From: Thermodesulfobacteriota bacterium
Lineage (GTDB): Bacteria > Desulfobacterota > Desulfomonilia > UBA1062
Reading direction: 5' to 3'
Assembly (NCBI GenBank): GCA_036825155.1
Contig: DAISYU010000002.1
Coordinates: forward strand, 3,914 to 67,913
DNA: 64,000 bases
The notes under the pieces are model-generated. The model worked only from the letters and a program-made list of their open reading frames with translations, was not told the DNA's origin and made no database searches. How positions within the stretch are numbered: position 1 is the stretch's first letter; each line of letters begins with the position of its first letter. Position numbers and translations under genes: made by a program. Positions 9,876 to 20,292 of the stretch are shown piece after piece.

Positions 9876-12659
9876 ATGAAAGACGTTATCGAAATAAAAG
9901 GGGCAAGCGAACACAACCTCAAAGGATTCGATGTAAAGATCCCGCGAAACAAGTTTGTGGTTATTACCGGCGTATCCGGTTCCGGCAAGTCATCCCTGGC
10001 CTTTGACACCCTCTATGCCGAGGGACAGCGCAGGTATGTGGAATCATTGAGCGCCTATGCAAGACAGTTTCTCGAACAGATGCAAAAACCCCAGGTGGAA
10101 TCCATTGAAGGGCTTTCTCCGGCCATCGCCATAGAGCAGAAGACCACATCGAACAATCCCCGGTCTACTGTAGGTACCGTGACCGAGATCTATGATTATC
10201 TGCGGGTGCTCTTTGCCCGGATAGGTACTCCACATTGCTGGCAGTGCGGCAGGGTTATACAGTCAACCACCATACAGCAGATGGCAACGTCCGTATACTC
10301 GATGGGCGAGGGGAGTAGGATAATCATTTATGCACCGGTGGTGTCCGACAGAAAAGGGGAGTACACCAAACTTTTCGAATCGCTTACCAAGGACGGTTTT
10401 GTCAGGGTTCGGATCGATGGTGAATTGTACGATCTGGAAGATACGCCTCAACTCGACAAGAACAAGAAACACACCATCGATGTGGTGGTGGACAGGATCG
10501 TCATAAAACCAGGCGTGTTAACCAGGCTGATAGATTCCATAGAGATCGCATGCAGGCTGTCCGGCGGCGTCCTCAAGGTGGGTGACGATAAAGGCGGGGA
10601 ATCGATATATTCAGAGCACTACAACTGTCCTGTGTGCAACATCTCATTTCCCGAGATTTCACCGCGGATGTTTTCCTTCAATAACCCCCACGGAGCTTGC
10701 GACATGTGTTCGGGGCTCGGCATGCTGCTCGAGGTTGATCCCGAGCTCGTCATCCCCAATACAAAGCTCTCGCTTAAAGACGGGGCCATTGCCGCCTGGG
10801 GATCACCACCGGGGAGATTCGCATCCAGGATGATACGCCATCTTGGCAGGTCGCTTGATTTTGACATAAACTTGCCCTTCGAGGATCTTGACAAGGATAT
10901 TCAACAGACCCTGCTCTATGGAGGCACCGTTTTCGGACCGTATGGGACCCCGTTCGAAGGGATCATCCCGAATCTTACCAGAAGACTGAGTGACACGGAT
11001 ACCGGCGAGATCAGAAGTGATATATCCCGGTTTCTGAACAACAGGGTATGTCCGCAGTGTAACGGTGACCGGCTGAAGAAAGAGATCCTCCATGTACTGA
11101 TCGATGAGAAAAACATCGCCGATCTCACCAGAATGAGCGTCGATGATCTCCTGGGGTTCTTCGAACAGCTCAGACTGAGCCCGAAGAATCAGGAGATCGG
11201 AGGCAGGATGATAAAGGAGATAAAGGACCGTCTCGGTTTTCTCACCTCAGTGGGCATCGGCTATCTTTCCCTGAGCAGATCGGCAGGAACCCTTTCATCA
11301 GGAGAGTCTCAGCGGATACGGCTTGCGACACAGATAGGATCCGCACTCATGGGGGTCATGTACATCCTCGACGAACCCACCATAGGCCTGCATCAGAGAG
11401 ACAACATGCGTCTCATACATACACTGAAGCACCTCAGGGATATCGGAAACACCCTGATCGTGGTGGAACACGATGATAATACCATACTCAAATCCGATCA
11501 TGTCATTGATATGGGACCGGGTGCGGGAGAACACGGCGGGAATATCATTTTCCAGGGATCGCCTCAGGAGCTTCTCAAGAGCGAGACCTCCCTCACCGGA
11601 AAATATATCTCGGGCAGGCTCACAATCCACCAGCCCGAGCACAGGAGAACCATCCGGAAAGGGTTCATCGGGATACGGCAGGCCCGGGCAAATAATTTAC
11701 AGGATGTCGATGTGGATATCCCGGTCGGGCTTTTCACCTGCATCACCGGGGTATCCGGTTCCGGAAAATCAAGCCTGATTATTGATACCCTCTACCAGTA
11801 CCTGAGCAAGACCCTGTCCGGGTCAAGGGCTGTGCCACATCATGTAAAAACCATTACCGGGATCGAATATATCGACCGGGTGATTAATGTGGATCAGAGC
11901 CCCATAGGCAGAACACCCCGTTCGAACCCGGCAACCTATACCGGAGTATTCACTCATATCAGGGACATCTTCACCCTCCTGCCTGATGCCAAGGTCAGGG
12001 GGTACAAACCGGGCAGATTCAGCTTTAATGTCAAAGGCGGCAGGTGTGAAGCGTGTCAGGGTGACGGCCTCATAAAGATTGAGATGCACTTCCTGCCGGA
12101 TGTCTATGTCGTGTGTGACCAGTGCCAGGGAAGACGCTTCAATGATGAAACCCTGGAAATACGATACAAGGGAAATTCCATCGCCGATGTACTTGACATG
12201 AGTGTGGCACAGGCCCATGCCCTTTTCGAGGCCGTGCCGAAAATAAAGAGCAGGCTGCAGACACTCATCGATGTAGGGATGGACTATATCAAGCTCGGAC
12301 AGAGCGCCACTACGCTCTCCGGGGGTGAGGCACAGCGAACCAAACTTGCACGTGAGCTCTCAAAACGCTCCACCGGCCGCACACTCTATATCCTTGACGA
12401 GCCGACAACAGGTCTTCATTTCGACGATATCAACAAGCTCCTGAAGGTGCTGCACCGTCTCGTGGATGAAGGTAACACGGTCATCGTAATAGAGCACAAC
12501 ATGGACATCATAAAATCAGCAGACCATATCATCGACCTGGGTCCTGAGGGCGGCCAGGAAGGGGGGCGCGTCGTTGCCACTGGAACCCCCGAAGAGATTG
12601 CTCGGGCTCAAGGATCGTACACAGGAGATTTTCTCAGAGAATACCTGCCGGAGAAATGA
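9876..12659 (+). CDS. uvrA: excinuclease ABC subunit A
   Basis: 927 aa with two ABC ATPase modules ([10 protein letters not shown] twice) and zinc-finger cysteines (CPVC, CEAC..CQGDG). Confidence 0.95.
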   Translation: MKDVIEIKGASEHNLKGFDVKIPRNKFVVITGVSGSGKSSLAFDTLYAEGQRRYVESLSAYARQFLEQMQKPQVESIEGLSPAIAIEQKTTSNNPRSTVGTVTEIYDYLRVLFARIGTPHCWQCGRVIQSTTIQQMATSVYSMGEGSRIIIYAPVVSDRKGEYTKLFESLTKDGFVRVRIDGELYDLEDTPQLDKNKKHTIDVVVDRIVIKPGVLTRLIDSIEIACRLSGGVLKVGDDKGGESIYSEHYNCPVCNISFPEISPRMFSFNNPHGACDMCSGLGMLLEVDPELVIPNTKLSLKDGAIAAWGSPPGRFASRMIRHLGRSLDFDINLPFEDLDKDIQQTLLYGGTVFGPYGTPFEGIIPNLTRRLSDTDTGEIRSDISRFLNNRVCPQCNGDRLKKEILHVLIDEKNIADLTRMSVDDLLGFFEQLRLSPKNQEIGGRMIKEIKDRLGFLTSVGIGYLSLSRSAGTLSSGESQRIRLATQIGSALMGVMYILDEPTIGLHQRDNMRLIHTLKHLRDIGNTLIVVEHDDNTILKSDHVIDMGPGAGEHGGNIIFQGSPQELLKSETSLTGKYISGRLTIHQPEHRRTIRKGFIGIRQARANNLQDVDVDIPVGLFTCITGVSGSGKSSLIIDTLYQYLSKTLSGSRAVPHHVKTITGIEYIDRVINVDQSPIGRTPRSNPATYTGVFTHIRDIFTLLPDAKVRGYKPGRFSFNVKGGRCEACQGDGLIKIEMHFLPDVYVVCDQCQGRRFNDETLEIRYKGNSIADVLDMSVAQAHALFEAVPKIKSRLQTLIDVGMDYIKLGQSATTLSGGEAQRTKLARELSKRSTGRTLYILDEPTTGLHFDDINKLLKVLHRLVDEGNTVIVIEHNMDIIKSADHIIDLGPEGGQEGGRVVATGTPEEIARAQGSYTGDFLREYLPEK

Positions 12660-12695
12660 GTCGGCTCTAATGGGGTGCTGTTGCCTGAGCCTTCT

Positions 12696-12750
12696 AGGCT
12701 GTAGTCTGAAGGTGCCCTGAAAAAAATGCCCTTGGGGTGCTTTCAGGTCG
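12696..12750. repeat. copy B of dispersed intergenic motif AGGCTGTAG..GGTGCCCTGAAAAAAATGCCCTTGGGGTG
   Basis: Near-identical to 56235-56277 and similar to 301-337. All three copies lie 40-70 nt downstream of a plus-strand stop codon. Confidence 0.7.
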
Positions 12751-13086
12751 ATGATCCCTGTCAAGTCCACACATTGTTTCTCACGACTGCGGACTTGTTT
12801 CTTCCGTGTCATCATCTGTTGCCAACAGTCTAATGGGCATGGCCAGCTGATCGCATCGAAGGATGAGAAATATTCGGGTTGCTTCAACTGCCTGTAGAGT
12901 GTGTTAAGGTTTTATTCTGAATTCTGGATACTGGATTCTATTATTAAGTAAATACACCTTGATGCTTCACCCTTTTTTACCTTGGTATGTCATCATTTAG
13001 ATCCTGTTATTTTTTTCTGCCATCCCGTGAACATTTCACATATTTCATTAACTAATTAATTAAATTTACCGATATATAAATCAAAA

Positions 13087-14124
13087 TTGAAATTCTTTAG
13101 GAGGGCTAGCTTCATGAAAAGAATCTTGTTTTTACTGGTGTTTTTTCTAGTTTTTGCCGGCATTTCTGTCCCCTGTTTCAGCAAGGACTACCGGATCGAG
13201 GTCTTGCAGGTAACCGATATTGAGCCATTCAACCAGTCCTACCGTGGTTTCATCTCCGTACTCAAGGATAACGGTATTGTTGAAGGCCAGAATCTTACCG
13301 TCAACAGACGGATCATCGACTTTGATGTGGAGAAAGGTGGTCTCTGGAAAAAGGTCGGTGTGCTCATGCGCATAAAGAAAGAGGCTTCAGACATAGTGGA
13401 CGCACGGCCTGATCTTGTTCTCACCATCGGAACACCTGCAACCAAGTATGCCAAGGACAAGATCATCTCTGCCGGGATCCCGCTTGTATTTTCAGCAGTT
13501 GCAATACCCGAGGCAGCAGGGTGCAAGTCTCTCACCGAATCAGGCCCGGGGTTCACCGGTGCAACCCTGTACATGGATATGAAGGACATTCTCCAGATCG
13601 TCCGGCTCGCGTTCCCGGCAGTCAAGACATTCGGCATTGTGCATACCGACGACGAAAATGCAGTTGCCCAGGTGGAAGAGGCGAAGGCAAAGTCAGCCTC
13701 TGTTGGCATGAGTGTCCTGTCAAAAGAGATAAACAAGAGAGACAGTGTCAAACCCGCCGCAGAGGAACTCATGGACCAGGGTGCCCAGGCCTTTGCCGTA
13801 CCACTCGATACATATTACGGGATGAGAAACTACCAGGCGTGTAATGAGCTTGATGAAATATGCCGTGTCCGCAACGTCCCAGTCATTTCTCTGGCCCTGA
13901 TGAAGGTCCCCGGCGCCATTGTCTACATAGGTTCGGATTTTGGAGTGATCGGTTCTCTCTCAGGCCAGCACGCTGCCAAAATCCTCAATGACGGGGTTGA
14001 CCCTGGCAGCCTCCCGGTCCTGAGGCAGGATGAATTAAAGATCTTTGTCGACACGAAACAGATACAGGCTCTCAGTATCCAGCTGCCCATGGAGATCCTG
14101 CAGCTCGCAGAATCCGTCCAATAG
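13087..14124 (+). CDS. periplasmic substrate-binding protein (ABC-type, orphan; no permease adjacent)
   Basis: Signal peptide, 345 aa, and resemblance to the uncharacterised ABC-transporter binding-protein family. An RBS AGGAGGG precedes the ATG. Confidence 0.45.
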   Translation: MKFFRRASFMKRILFLLVFFLVFAGISVPCFSKDYRIEVLQVTDIEPFNQSYRGFISVLKDNGIVEGQNLTVNRRIIDFDVEKGGLWKKVGVLMRIKKEASDIVDARPDLVLTIGTPATKYAKDKIISAGIPLVFSAVAIPEAAGCKSLTESGPGFTGATLYMDMKDILQIVRLAFPAVKTFGIVHTDDENAVAQVEEAKAKSASVGMSVLSKEINKRDSVKPAAEELMDQGAQAFAVPLDTYYGMRNYQACNELDEICRVRNVPVISLALMKVPGAIVYIGSDFGVIGSLSGQHAAKILNDGVDPGSLPVLRQDELKIFVDTKQIQALSIQLPMEILQLAESVQ

Positions 14125-14143
14125 AGTTTATCAAACATTCCTG

Positions 14144-14173
14144 TTCCCGTGCCTGCCGAATCAGGCACGGGAA
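14144..14173 (+). terminator. hairpin after the binding-protein gene (12-bp perfect stem, 6-nt loop), no clear U-tract
   Basis: TTCCCGTGCCTG-ccgaat-CAGGCACGGGAA lies 20 nt after the stop. Confidence 0.4.
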
Positions 14174-14306
14174 TACTATCAGAAAAACCGACCATTATCC
14201 CTTTTCTTTTTGAGATGCAGACATTATATTCAATAGTGTGGTAAAAGCAGGTGCAGCTTCTGGAACAAAGGCAACCTGCAATGAAGAGCGCAGATGAGGT
14301 GATAGC

Positions 14307-14531
14307 ATGATTACCATAACGTTTGGGCTGATATTCTTTCTGATAGGAGTAGAATTCCTCTTTTTTACCGGCAGGCTCCAGTGCGATGCGGATAATGCCT
14401 GTAAGGAGGGCCATTCCTGGTACAGGCCTTTCTCAGAGTGGATGAGGAAACCTCAACATATACTCCCCCTTCGGATCATAGGCGGACTGAGCCTCATTTT
14501 CTCCCTGTATCTGCTCTATCTCGTTGATTAG
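14307..14531 (+). CDS. small hypothetical membrane protein (two predicted TM segments)
   Basis: 74-aa ORF with hydrophobic stretches. No recognisable motif. Might be spurious. Confidence 0.2.
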   Translation: MITITFGLIFFLIGVEFLFFTGRLQCDADNACKEGHSWYRPFSEWMRKPQHILPLRIIGGLSLIFSLYLLYLVD

Positions 14532-14573
14532 GAGCTCAACCCCAATCCTTCCTTCGCTGAGTAAGACGTGCGT

Positions 14574-15545
14574 TTATCTCTTTATCCTGCCGGGGAGTAT
14601 GTAGGGGTAGGGTTTGTGCAGGATCTTCGTATGAAGAAGGCGGTCGAGTTTCCTCATAGCAAGGTAGAGCCGCCAGATAAATGCATCTTCCCGGTAATAT
14701 GACCTCACCTCTTTGAGGGTAATGGGTTGCAGGCAGAACTCCTGCAGATCATTCTCGAAGAAGCGGTTTGCGGTTTCGATGAGCTCAGGGATAACCTCGC
14801 TTCGCTGTTCCTTGTAAAAATTGGCGATCAGGTCCACCACCACCATGTGGAAATCGTAATAGCGGTTCAGGATATCATCGAGGAAGAGCCACTTGATGAG
14901 CCAGACAAGGAAGGATGGTGCGCTTCTCAGGAACAGGTCGGGGTTGAGCTGTTCAACGCCGTCTATCCTCATAAGAGGGGTTCCGGTATCGATATAGATG
15001 AATTCAATGTCATTATCAAAAGATGATTCAGCGTTCTTCCCTGCTATCGCCCAGTTGGATATCTGACCGTCCAGTCCCACCCTGATGCTCTTGTTTGCCG
15101 TATTGTAGGCCCATACCTTCTTCATCTTCTTCAGCACGGCTACCATAAGATGTGCCAGAGAATCCCTGTCCAGACGCTTAATGACCTGGTTGCCTATCGA
15201 ATCTGCGGGCAATCTTTCCTGAACGTTGTACATCACCATGTTCCCCTGTGCCGGATATACCCGTGCAAGGGCATAATGAGGTACACGAATACCGATATCA
15301 TCGTTGAGCAATCGGTTGTATTCCATGAACAGCGATTCGTAAGAATCCATTTCCTGATGAGTCCGGAATATGGGGAGACGTTTGAACGCGAGCCCCTCCT
15401 GTGATGTATCCAGGATCTCGAAGATGGTGCTGATCTCACCATATCCTATAATGCGGGCAGGGATTACGCTTTTTTGAGGGTTCTGGGGATCGAGACCCAG
15501 CTCGAACCTCTCCAGGAGATCGGGATCGATGCGATCGGCAATCAT
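14574..15545 (-). CDS. protein-kinase-like fold (APH/choline-kinase-like) putative small-molecule kinase, operonic with aminotransferase-family gene
   Basis: 323 aa. Glycine-rich IIGYGEISTIF with a downstream Lys (AFKRL). Catalytic-loop-like LDGQISN (D-x4-N). Metal-binding-like YIDTG. The start lies 9 nt after the stop of the upstream gene. Confidence 0.55.
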   Translation of the reverse strand: MIADRIDPDLLERFELGLDPQNPQKSVIPARIIGYGEISTIFEILDTSQEGLAFKRLPIFRTHQEMDSYESLFMEYNRLLNDDIGIRVPHYALARVYPAQGNMVMYNVQERLPADSIGNQVIKRLDRDSLAHLMVAVLKKMKKVWAYNTANKSIRVGLDGQISNWAIAGKNAESSFDNDIEFIYIDTGTPLMRIDGVEQLNPDLFLRSAPSFLVWLIKWLFLDDILNRYYDFHMVVVDLIANFYKEQRSEVIPELIETANRFFENDLQEFCLQPITLKEVRSYYREDAFIWRLYLAMRKLDRLLHTKILHKPYPYILPGRIKR

Positions 15546-15554
15546 GACCCCACC

Positions 15555-16814
15555 TCAGCCCAGCCTAAGAAATTGTTTCGTCTCTTCAAGAGACCGGTCA
15601 AGTATGTCAAGGATCTCATCGGCTGTTGGCTTATCGATGATCAGTGGAGGCAGGAGCTGACTTACACACGGATTGTTGTTTGCATAAATGCTGAGCAGAC
15701 CGTTATCATAACAGACCTTGGACATGACCGGACCGCACTGATCGTTGACCATTTCAATGCCCATCATGAGTCCAAGTTGTCTCAGGCCAATCAGGATCTC
15801 CGGGTGCTTCTGTTTCAGCACGGCAAAGCCCTGGTTGAATATACCGGCCAGGTCTGCGACATGCTTGAGGAATTCCGGCTTCGATGAGATTTCAAGCACT
15901 TTCATGGCGACCGGGCATCCCACCTCGGCACCTCCGAATGTGGAGACATGAATGAACGGATGTTCATGGAAAAAGGTCTCCAGCTCCCCTCTGAAGCACG
16001 TGGCACTTATGGGGTAAATGCCTCCGGAGAGCCCCTTGCCGATGACCATGATATCGGGGACCACGTCAAAGTGTTCGATACCCCAGAGTTTTCCTGTCCG
16101 GCCGAGCCCGGTCTGCACTTCGTCAATAATCAGCAATGCCCCGTTTTTTTTGCAGAGTTCCTGTGCAAAGGCATAAAAGTCCTGATGAGGGACAGGCATC
16201 CCGTACGTTGCAGGGATAGTCTCGAAGATGACAGCCGCAGTAGCATCATCTATTTCCCGTTTCAATGATTCCTTGTCATTGAAACGGACCTGCACGAAAC
16301 CCTCGGGCCTCGGGCCGAAATGTTTTCGATACTGCTCGTCACCTGTGGCCAGGGCATAACCCGTATGGCCGTGATATCCGCCGGAAGCGGAAACGATCTT
16401 GATCTTTCCCGTATAACCGCGGGCAAGCTTTATTGCCAGGTCGATGGCCTCACCGCCGCCGACCCCGAATACCGTATAGGTTATGTCCCCGGGGGTAAGC
16501 CGGGCGAGTCTTTCAGCCAGCAGTGCTCGCTGTTCGCTTATCAGATGATGGTTGCCGATATCCAGTTCTTCGAGGCTTTCTCTCAGCGCTCCGATTATTT
16601 CCGGATGTGCATGACCCAGGTTGAATACCCCGCCGTTGCAGTGGCAGTTTATCAGACGCTTTGATGTCACCGCATCCCACACGAACGGTCCCTGCCTGCG
16701 GCCGAAGACAAAATCTATCCCTACGCCTTTGAAAAAATCAGCCTTTCCACTGGATACATACTGTGAGAATCGAGAGATGATACCGTCCTTGGAGTCTGTT
16801 CCGGAAAATTTCAT
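15555..16814 (-). CDS. class-III (aspartate aminotransferase family) PLP-dependent aminotransferase or phospho-lyase
   Basis: Class-III signature IIDEVQTGLGRTGKLW and GGGEAIDLAIKLAR. The ATG at 16814 is preceded by a GGGGG SD. The ORF-track start at 16832 is TTG. Confidence 0.8.
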   Translation of the reverse strand: MKFSGTDSKDGIISRFSQYVSSGKADFFKGVGIDFVFGRRQGPFVWDAVTSKRLINCHCNGGVFNLGHAHPEIIGALRESLEELDIGNHHLISEQRALLAERLARLTPGDITYTVFGVGGGEAIDLAIKLARGYTGKIKIVSASGGYHGHTGYALATGDEQYRKHFGPRPEGFVQVRFNDKESLKREIDDATAAVIFETIPATYGMPVPHQDFYAFAQELCKKNGALLIIDEVQTGLGRTGKLWGIEHFDVVPDIMVIGKGLSGGIYPISATCFRGELETFFHEHPFIHVSTFGGAEVGCPVAMKVLEISSKPEFLKHVADLAGIFNQGFAVLKQKHPEILIGLRQLGLMMGIEMVNDQCGPVMSKVCYDNGLLSIYANNNPCVSQLLPPLIIDKPTADEILDILDRSLEETKQFLRLG

Positions 16815-17007
16815 ACACACCCCCATTACCAATGAAACTGTACTGAGATGAGTTTAAACCATAATAAATTGCACAGATATTACCATTCTACCGGCCAGTT
16901 CAGCGGTAGCACATATGTGCAACATGGTCAATGTACAAATGGCGGTTATGTCCTGTAAAGGGTGAATATTCCTCTGTTCACGAGCTCTAAAAAAAGGGAT
17001 AATTATC

Positions 17008-17036
17008 TTGACAATCTTTAAACATGTAAGATAAGT
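17008..17036 (+). promoter_or_regulatory. candidate sigma-70 promoter of the rpsP operon
   Basis: TTGACA at 17008-17013, a 17-nt spacer, then a weak -10 (ATAAGT). An A-rich UP-like tract lies upstream (CTAAAAAAAGGGATAAT). Confidence 0.3.
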
Positions 17037-17076
17037 GAGGACTACTCAATATGATAGTAAGGGGGAACAAAATCAC

Positions 17077-17322
17077 ATGGCAGTTAGTATTAGGTTGACT
17101 CGCGGCGGCGCAAAAAAGAAACCATTCTATCGGATAGTTGTAGCAGATTCACGGTGCAAGCGAGATGGAAGATTTTTAGAGATCGTTGGCCACTTCGATC
17201 CAAAGAGCAGACCTGAAAGCATCAGTCTACAGATTGAGAGAATCAAAGAATGGACACAAAAAGGAGGTCAATTAACTCCTGCAGTTAAAAAACTCATAAA
17301 AGACAAAGGCTATTCTATCTAA
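17077..17322 (+). CDS. rpsP: 30S ribosomal protein S16
   Basis: MAVSIRLTRGGAKKKPFYRIVVADSRCKRDGRFLE. The ORF-track start at 17035 is too early. The ATG at 17077 follows an AAGGGGGA SD. Confidence 0.9.
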   Translation: MAVSIRLTRGGAKKKPFYRIVVADSRCKRDGRFLEIVGHFDPKSRPESISLQIERIKEWTQKGGQLTPAVKKLIKDKGYSI

Positions 17323-17355
17323 TTCTGATACAAAATATAAAGGTGGTGAGGGTTA

Positions 17356-17589
17356 ATGATGAGAGAACTTATTGAATATATTGCCAAGGCTTTGGTTGAC
17401 AATCCGGAGGAAGTGAAAGTATCAGAGGTTGAGGGCGAAGTTACATCGGTAATCGAGCTCAGAGTGGCTAAATCTGACTTGGGGAAAGTGATCGGAAAAG
17501 AAGGCCGTACGGCACGTGCAATGAGAACGCTCCTCACCGCAGCATCCACCAAGATAAAGAAAAGGGCTGTACTGGAAATAATCGAATAG
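17356..17589 (+). CDS. KH-domain RNA-binding protein (YlqC/UPF0109 family)
   Basis: 77 aa with a [17 protein letters not shown] motif. Conserved position between rpsP and rimM. Confidence 0.8.
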   Translation: MMRELIEYIAKALVDNPEEVKVSEVEGEVTSVIELRVAKSDLGKVIGKEGRTARAMRTLLTAASTKIKKRAVLEIIE

Positions 17590-18096
17590 ATGAACAACGA
17601 TCTCATCGAGATCGCACGGATAACAGGGCCAAACGGCCTAAAAGGAAAGATGTGGATTACCCCGTTTGGGGATTCTTTTGACACCTTTTCCGCTTACACA
17701 CACCTTATTGTCGGCAATCAGGGCACACCGCGAAAACTTGTGTCGTGTGCCCGGCGAAAAGGTAAATACATTATAGAATTGGAAGGCATTACCCATATTG
17801 ATCACGTAGAGCAAATTAAAGGTGAGTCACTCTTTGTTACCAGAGACCAGCTTGCCGATCTGGGTGAAGACGAGTACTATTACTCTGAGCTGTTGGGTAT
17901 GCGCGTGGTGGATACACAGGGCAAGGTGTTGGGCGAATTGGTAAATATCTTTTCCACGGGCAGTAATGATGTTTTTGTCGTAGACAAGGTCAAGCAGTAC
18001 TATATTCCTGCTACAAAAGACGTGATTACGGAGATATCCATACACGAGGGAACAATCGTGGTGGACACCTCACTGCTTGAGGGTCTGCTTGAATAA
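17590..18096 (+). CDS. rimM: 16S rRNA processing protein RimM
   Basis: 168 aa with an N-terminal IGRITGPHGLKG-like motif (IARITGPNGLKGKMW) and a PRC-barrel-like C-terminus. The start abuts the upstream stop (TAGATG). Confidence 0.85.
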   Translation: MNNDLIEIARITGPNGLKGKMWITPFGDSFDTFSAYTHLIVGNQGTPRKLVSCARRKGKYIIELEGITHIDHVEQIKGESLFVTRDQLADLGEDEYYYSELLGMRVVDTQGKVLGELVNIFSTGSNDVFVVDKVKQYYIPATKDVITEISIHEGTIVVDTSLLEGLLE

Positions 18097-18111
18097 GAGA
18101 AGAAGCTCCTT

Positions 18112-18822
18112 ATGGTCATTCATATCATCACCCTTTTCCCGGACATGTTTCAAGGAGTGTTCGATCATAGTATTCTTCACAGGGCCATTGAGTCTCAGAA
18201 ACTCGAAATACACATAACAAACCTGAGAGAATACGGCCTGGGAGCCCACAGGGTGGTTGATGATACACCCTATGGCGGGGGCGGGGGGATGATCCTCAAA
18301 CCTGAACCCATAGCCGCTGCGCTCGAGAACATTGACCAAACAGGCCGTGTAATCCTGACAACGCCGCGTGGAAAACGTTTCGGCCAGTCCGACGCAATAC
18401 GCCTGAGCACCATGGACGTGATCACCATCATCTGCGGTCATTATGAAGGTGTAGATGAGAGGGTCACGCAACTGTTTGTGGATGAAGAATTATCCATAGG
18501 AGATTACGTACTCACAGGGGGCGAGATCCCGGCAATGGTCATTGCAGATGCCGTTGCCCGTCTTCTTCCGGGTGTCCTGGGAAAGGATACCATTGAAACA
18601 GGCGATTCTCACTATAACGGGTTGCTGGAACATCCTCATTACACACGTCCCCGAGAATTCAAGGGGCTGTCCGTCCCGGAGATGCTGCTGTCCGGCAACC
18701 ACGAACAGATAAGAATCTGGAGAGAAGAGATGGCATACAAAAAGACAAAAGAAATGCGCCCGGACCTGCTCAGAGACAAGACGGACATAGATGATTCGGG
18801 CAAAGGCAGTGACGAGGACTGA
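18112..18822 (+). CDS. trmD: tRNA (guanine37-N1)-methyltransferase
   Basis: 236 aa with TrmD SPOUT motifs ([19 protein letters not shown]). Confidence 0.9.
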   Translation: MVIHIITLFPDMFQGVFDHSILHRAIESQKLEIHITNLREYGLGAHRVVDDTPYGGGGGMILKPEPIAAALENIDQTGRVILTTPRGKRFGQSDAIRLSTMDVITIICGHYEGVDERVTQLFVDEELSIGDYVLTGGEIPAMVIADAVARLLPGVLGKDTIETGDSHYNGLLEHPHYTRPREFKGLSVPEMLLSGNHEQIRIWREEMAYKKTKEMRPDLLRDKTDIDDSGKGSDED

Positions 18823-18824
18823 TC

Positions 18825-19352
18825 GTGCTGTATGTAGGACTACTTCACTGGCCGTGCCTCGATAAAAATGGCGAGGAGATCGCAACCGCCATAACCAACC
18901 TTGATTTGCATGATATTGCAAGAGTATGCTTGACATATGGTATAGATACGCTCTATATCGTTCATCCATACCAAGGTCAGTTGGATTTTGCAAAAAAGAT
19001 CACGGACCATTGGATCAAGGGTTTCGGGGGTGATTACAACCCGATACGGAAAAAGGCGCTCGAAGTAATTCGACTGGTTAGTGACATGGAAGAAATAAGA
19101 CGGCAGACCGGAGCACGTATGGTAGGAACGTCAGCGGCAAGGATCGATGATTGTATGTCGTGGGCAGATGCACGCGACCTTGTACAGACCGAGGATGTCT
19201 GCCTGCTGTTCGGAACCGGTTGGGGAATTGCTCCGCGGGTTTTAAAGACGCTTGACGGGGTTATCGAACCGATCGATGCAGGTGGCGATTTCAACCACCT
19301 CTCTGTTCGTTCTGCCGTGTCCATAGCAATAGATCGTATTGTAGGGAGGTAA
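18825..19352 (+). CDS. conserved hypothetical, SPOUT-like putative RNA methyltransferase (between trmD and rplS)
   Basis: GTG start 2 nt after the trmD stop. A LLFGTGWGIAP motif resembles the SPOUT SAM-binding loop. Confidence 0.45.
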   Translation: MLYVGLLHWPCLDKNGEEIATAITNLDLHDIARVCLTYGIDTLYIVHPYQGQLDFAKKITDHWIKGFGGDYNPIRKKALEVIRLVSDMEEIRRQTGARMVGTSAARIDDCMSWADARDLVQTEDVCLLFGTGWGIAPRVLKTLDGVIEPIDAGGDFNHLSVRSAVSIAIDRIVGR

Positions 19353-19355
19353 CTC

Positions 19356-19700
19356 ATGAATATTATCGAAAAGTTTGAGAAGGCGCAGATGAAATCGGAT
19401 CTGCCGGAAATAAGGATAGGTGACAAGATACGAGTATCCTTAAAGATCGTTGAGGGCGCAAGACAGAGATCTCAGGTATTCGAAGGCGTCGTGATCGCCC
19501 GCCACAGGGGAAACAACCGTGAGAGCATAACCGTGCGGAAACAGTCATATGCGGTCGGCGTGGAACGGGTTTTCCCTTTGCACTCGCCGAATGTGGAAAA
19601 GATAGAGGTTGTGAGCCATGCAAAGGTCCGCAGGGCCAAACTCTATTACCTCAGGGAGAGACGAGGAAAGGCCGCACGGCTCAGAGAAATACGCCACTAA
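19356..19700 (+). CDS. rplS: 50S ribosomal protein L19
   Basis: 114 aa, [27 protein letters not shown]..., a classic L19 sequence. Confidence 0.9.
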   Translation: MNIIEKFEKAQMKSDLPEIRIGDKIRVSLKIVEGARQRSQVFEGVVIARHRGNNRESITVRKQSYAVGVERVFPLHSPNVEKIEVVSHAKVRRAKLYYLRERRGKAARLREIRH

Positions 19701-19701
19701 G

Positions 19702-20292
19702 ATGGCCCTTGAGGAAGACCTTATTCTAAAGGGTCACTGGCCAGTCTGTGGAGTGGATGAAGCAGGGAGAGGGCCTTTGGCAGGCCCTGTCGTTGCTGCA
19801 GCTGTCATCATTGACCCGGCTCATGAATTACGGCTCGTTGTTAAGGACTCGAAGAAATTAAGTCCTGCAAAGAGGGAAAAAATCTATGAGCGACTCATTT
19901 CATCGCAGGAGATTCAAATAGGTGTGTCTATGGTGGATGCCGCCACAATCGATGAGATGAACATACTCAAGGCCACGCTGAAAGCCATGACAGATGCTGT
20001 CTCAAAGCTGGCCGACAATCCCCTTTACGCCCTCGTTGACGGAAATATCGCCCCGCCGCTTCCCTGCAGGTGCATCCCGGTGATCAAGGGGGACCAGTTC
20101 GAACCATCCATCTCTGCGGCAAGTATCGTCGCAAAGGTGGTACGGGACAGGCTCATGGACCAAATGGACGTTCGCTATCCGGGGTATGGGTTCGCCAAGC
20201 ACAAAGGCTACCCGACAAAATCACACTACGAAGCTATTCGCTCCTTGGGAGTCTGCCCCATTCACAGGAGAAGCTTCAAAGGTGTCTGTTAG
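19702..20292 (+). CDS. rnhB: ribonuclease HII
   Basis: GVDEAGRGPLAGPVV active-site motif. The start at MALEE lies 1 nt after the rplS stop. The ORF-track start at 19618 sits inside rplS. Confidence 0.85.
   Translation: MALEEDLILKGHWPVCGVDEAGRGPLAGPVVAAAVIIDPAHELRLVVKDSKKLSPAKREKIYERLISSQEIQIGVSMVDAATIDEMNILKATLKAMTDAVSKLADNPLYALVDGNIAPPLPCRCIPVIKGDQFEPSISAASIVAKVVRDRLMDQMDVRYPGYGFAKHKGYPTKSHYEAIRSLGVCPIHRRSFKGVC

Noticed and set aside
12662-12700. SRP (4.5S) RNA candidate, because of GGGGTGCTGTTGCC
   Set aside because: The conserved domain-IV sequence (GGUCAGGUCCGGAAGGAAGCAGCC) is absent. The match is limited to a short G-rich start.
13239-13772. 177-aa minus-strand ORF inside the substrate-binding-protein gene
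   Set aside because: It is antisense to a gene with a signal peptide and an RBS, and its sequence is Ser/Thr/Ala-rich and low-complexity.
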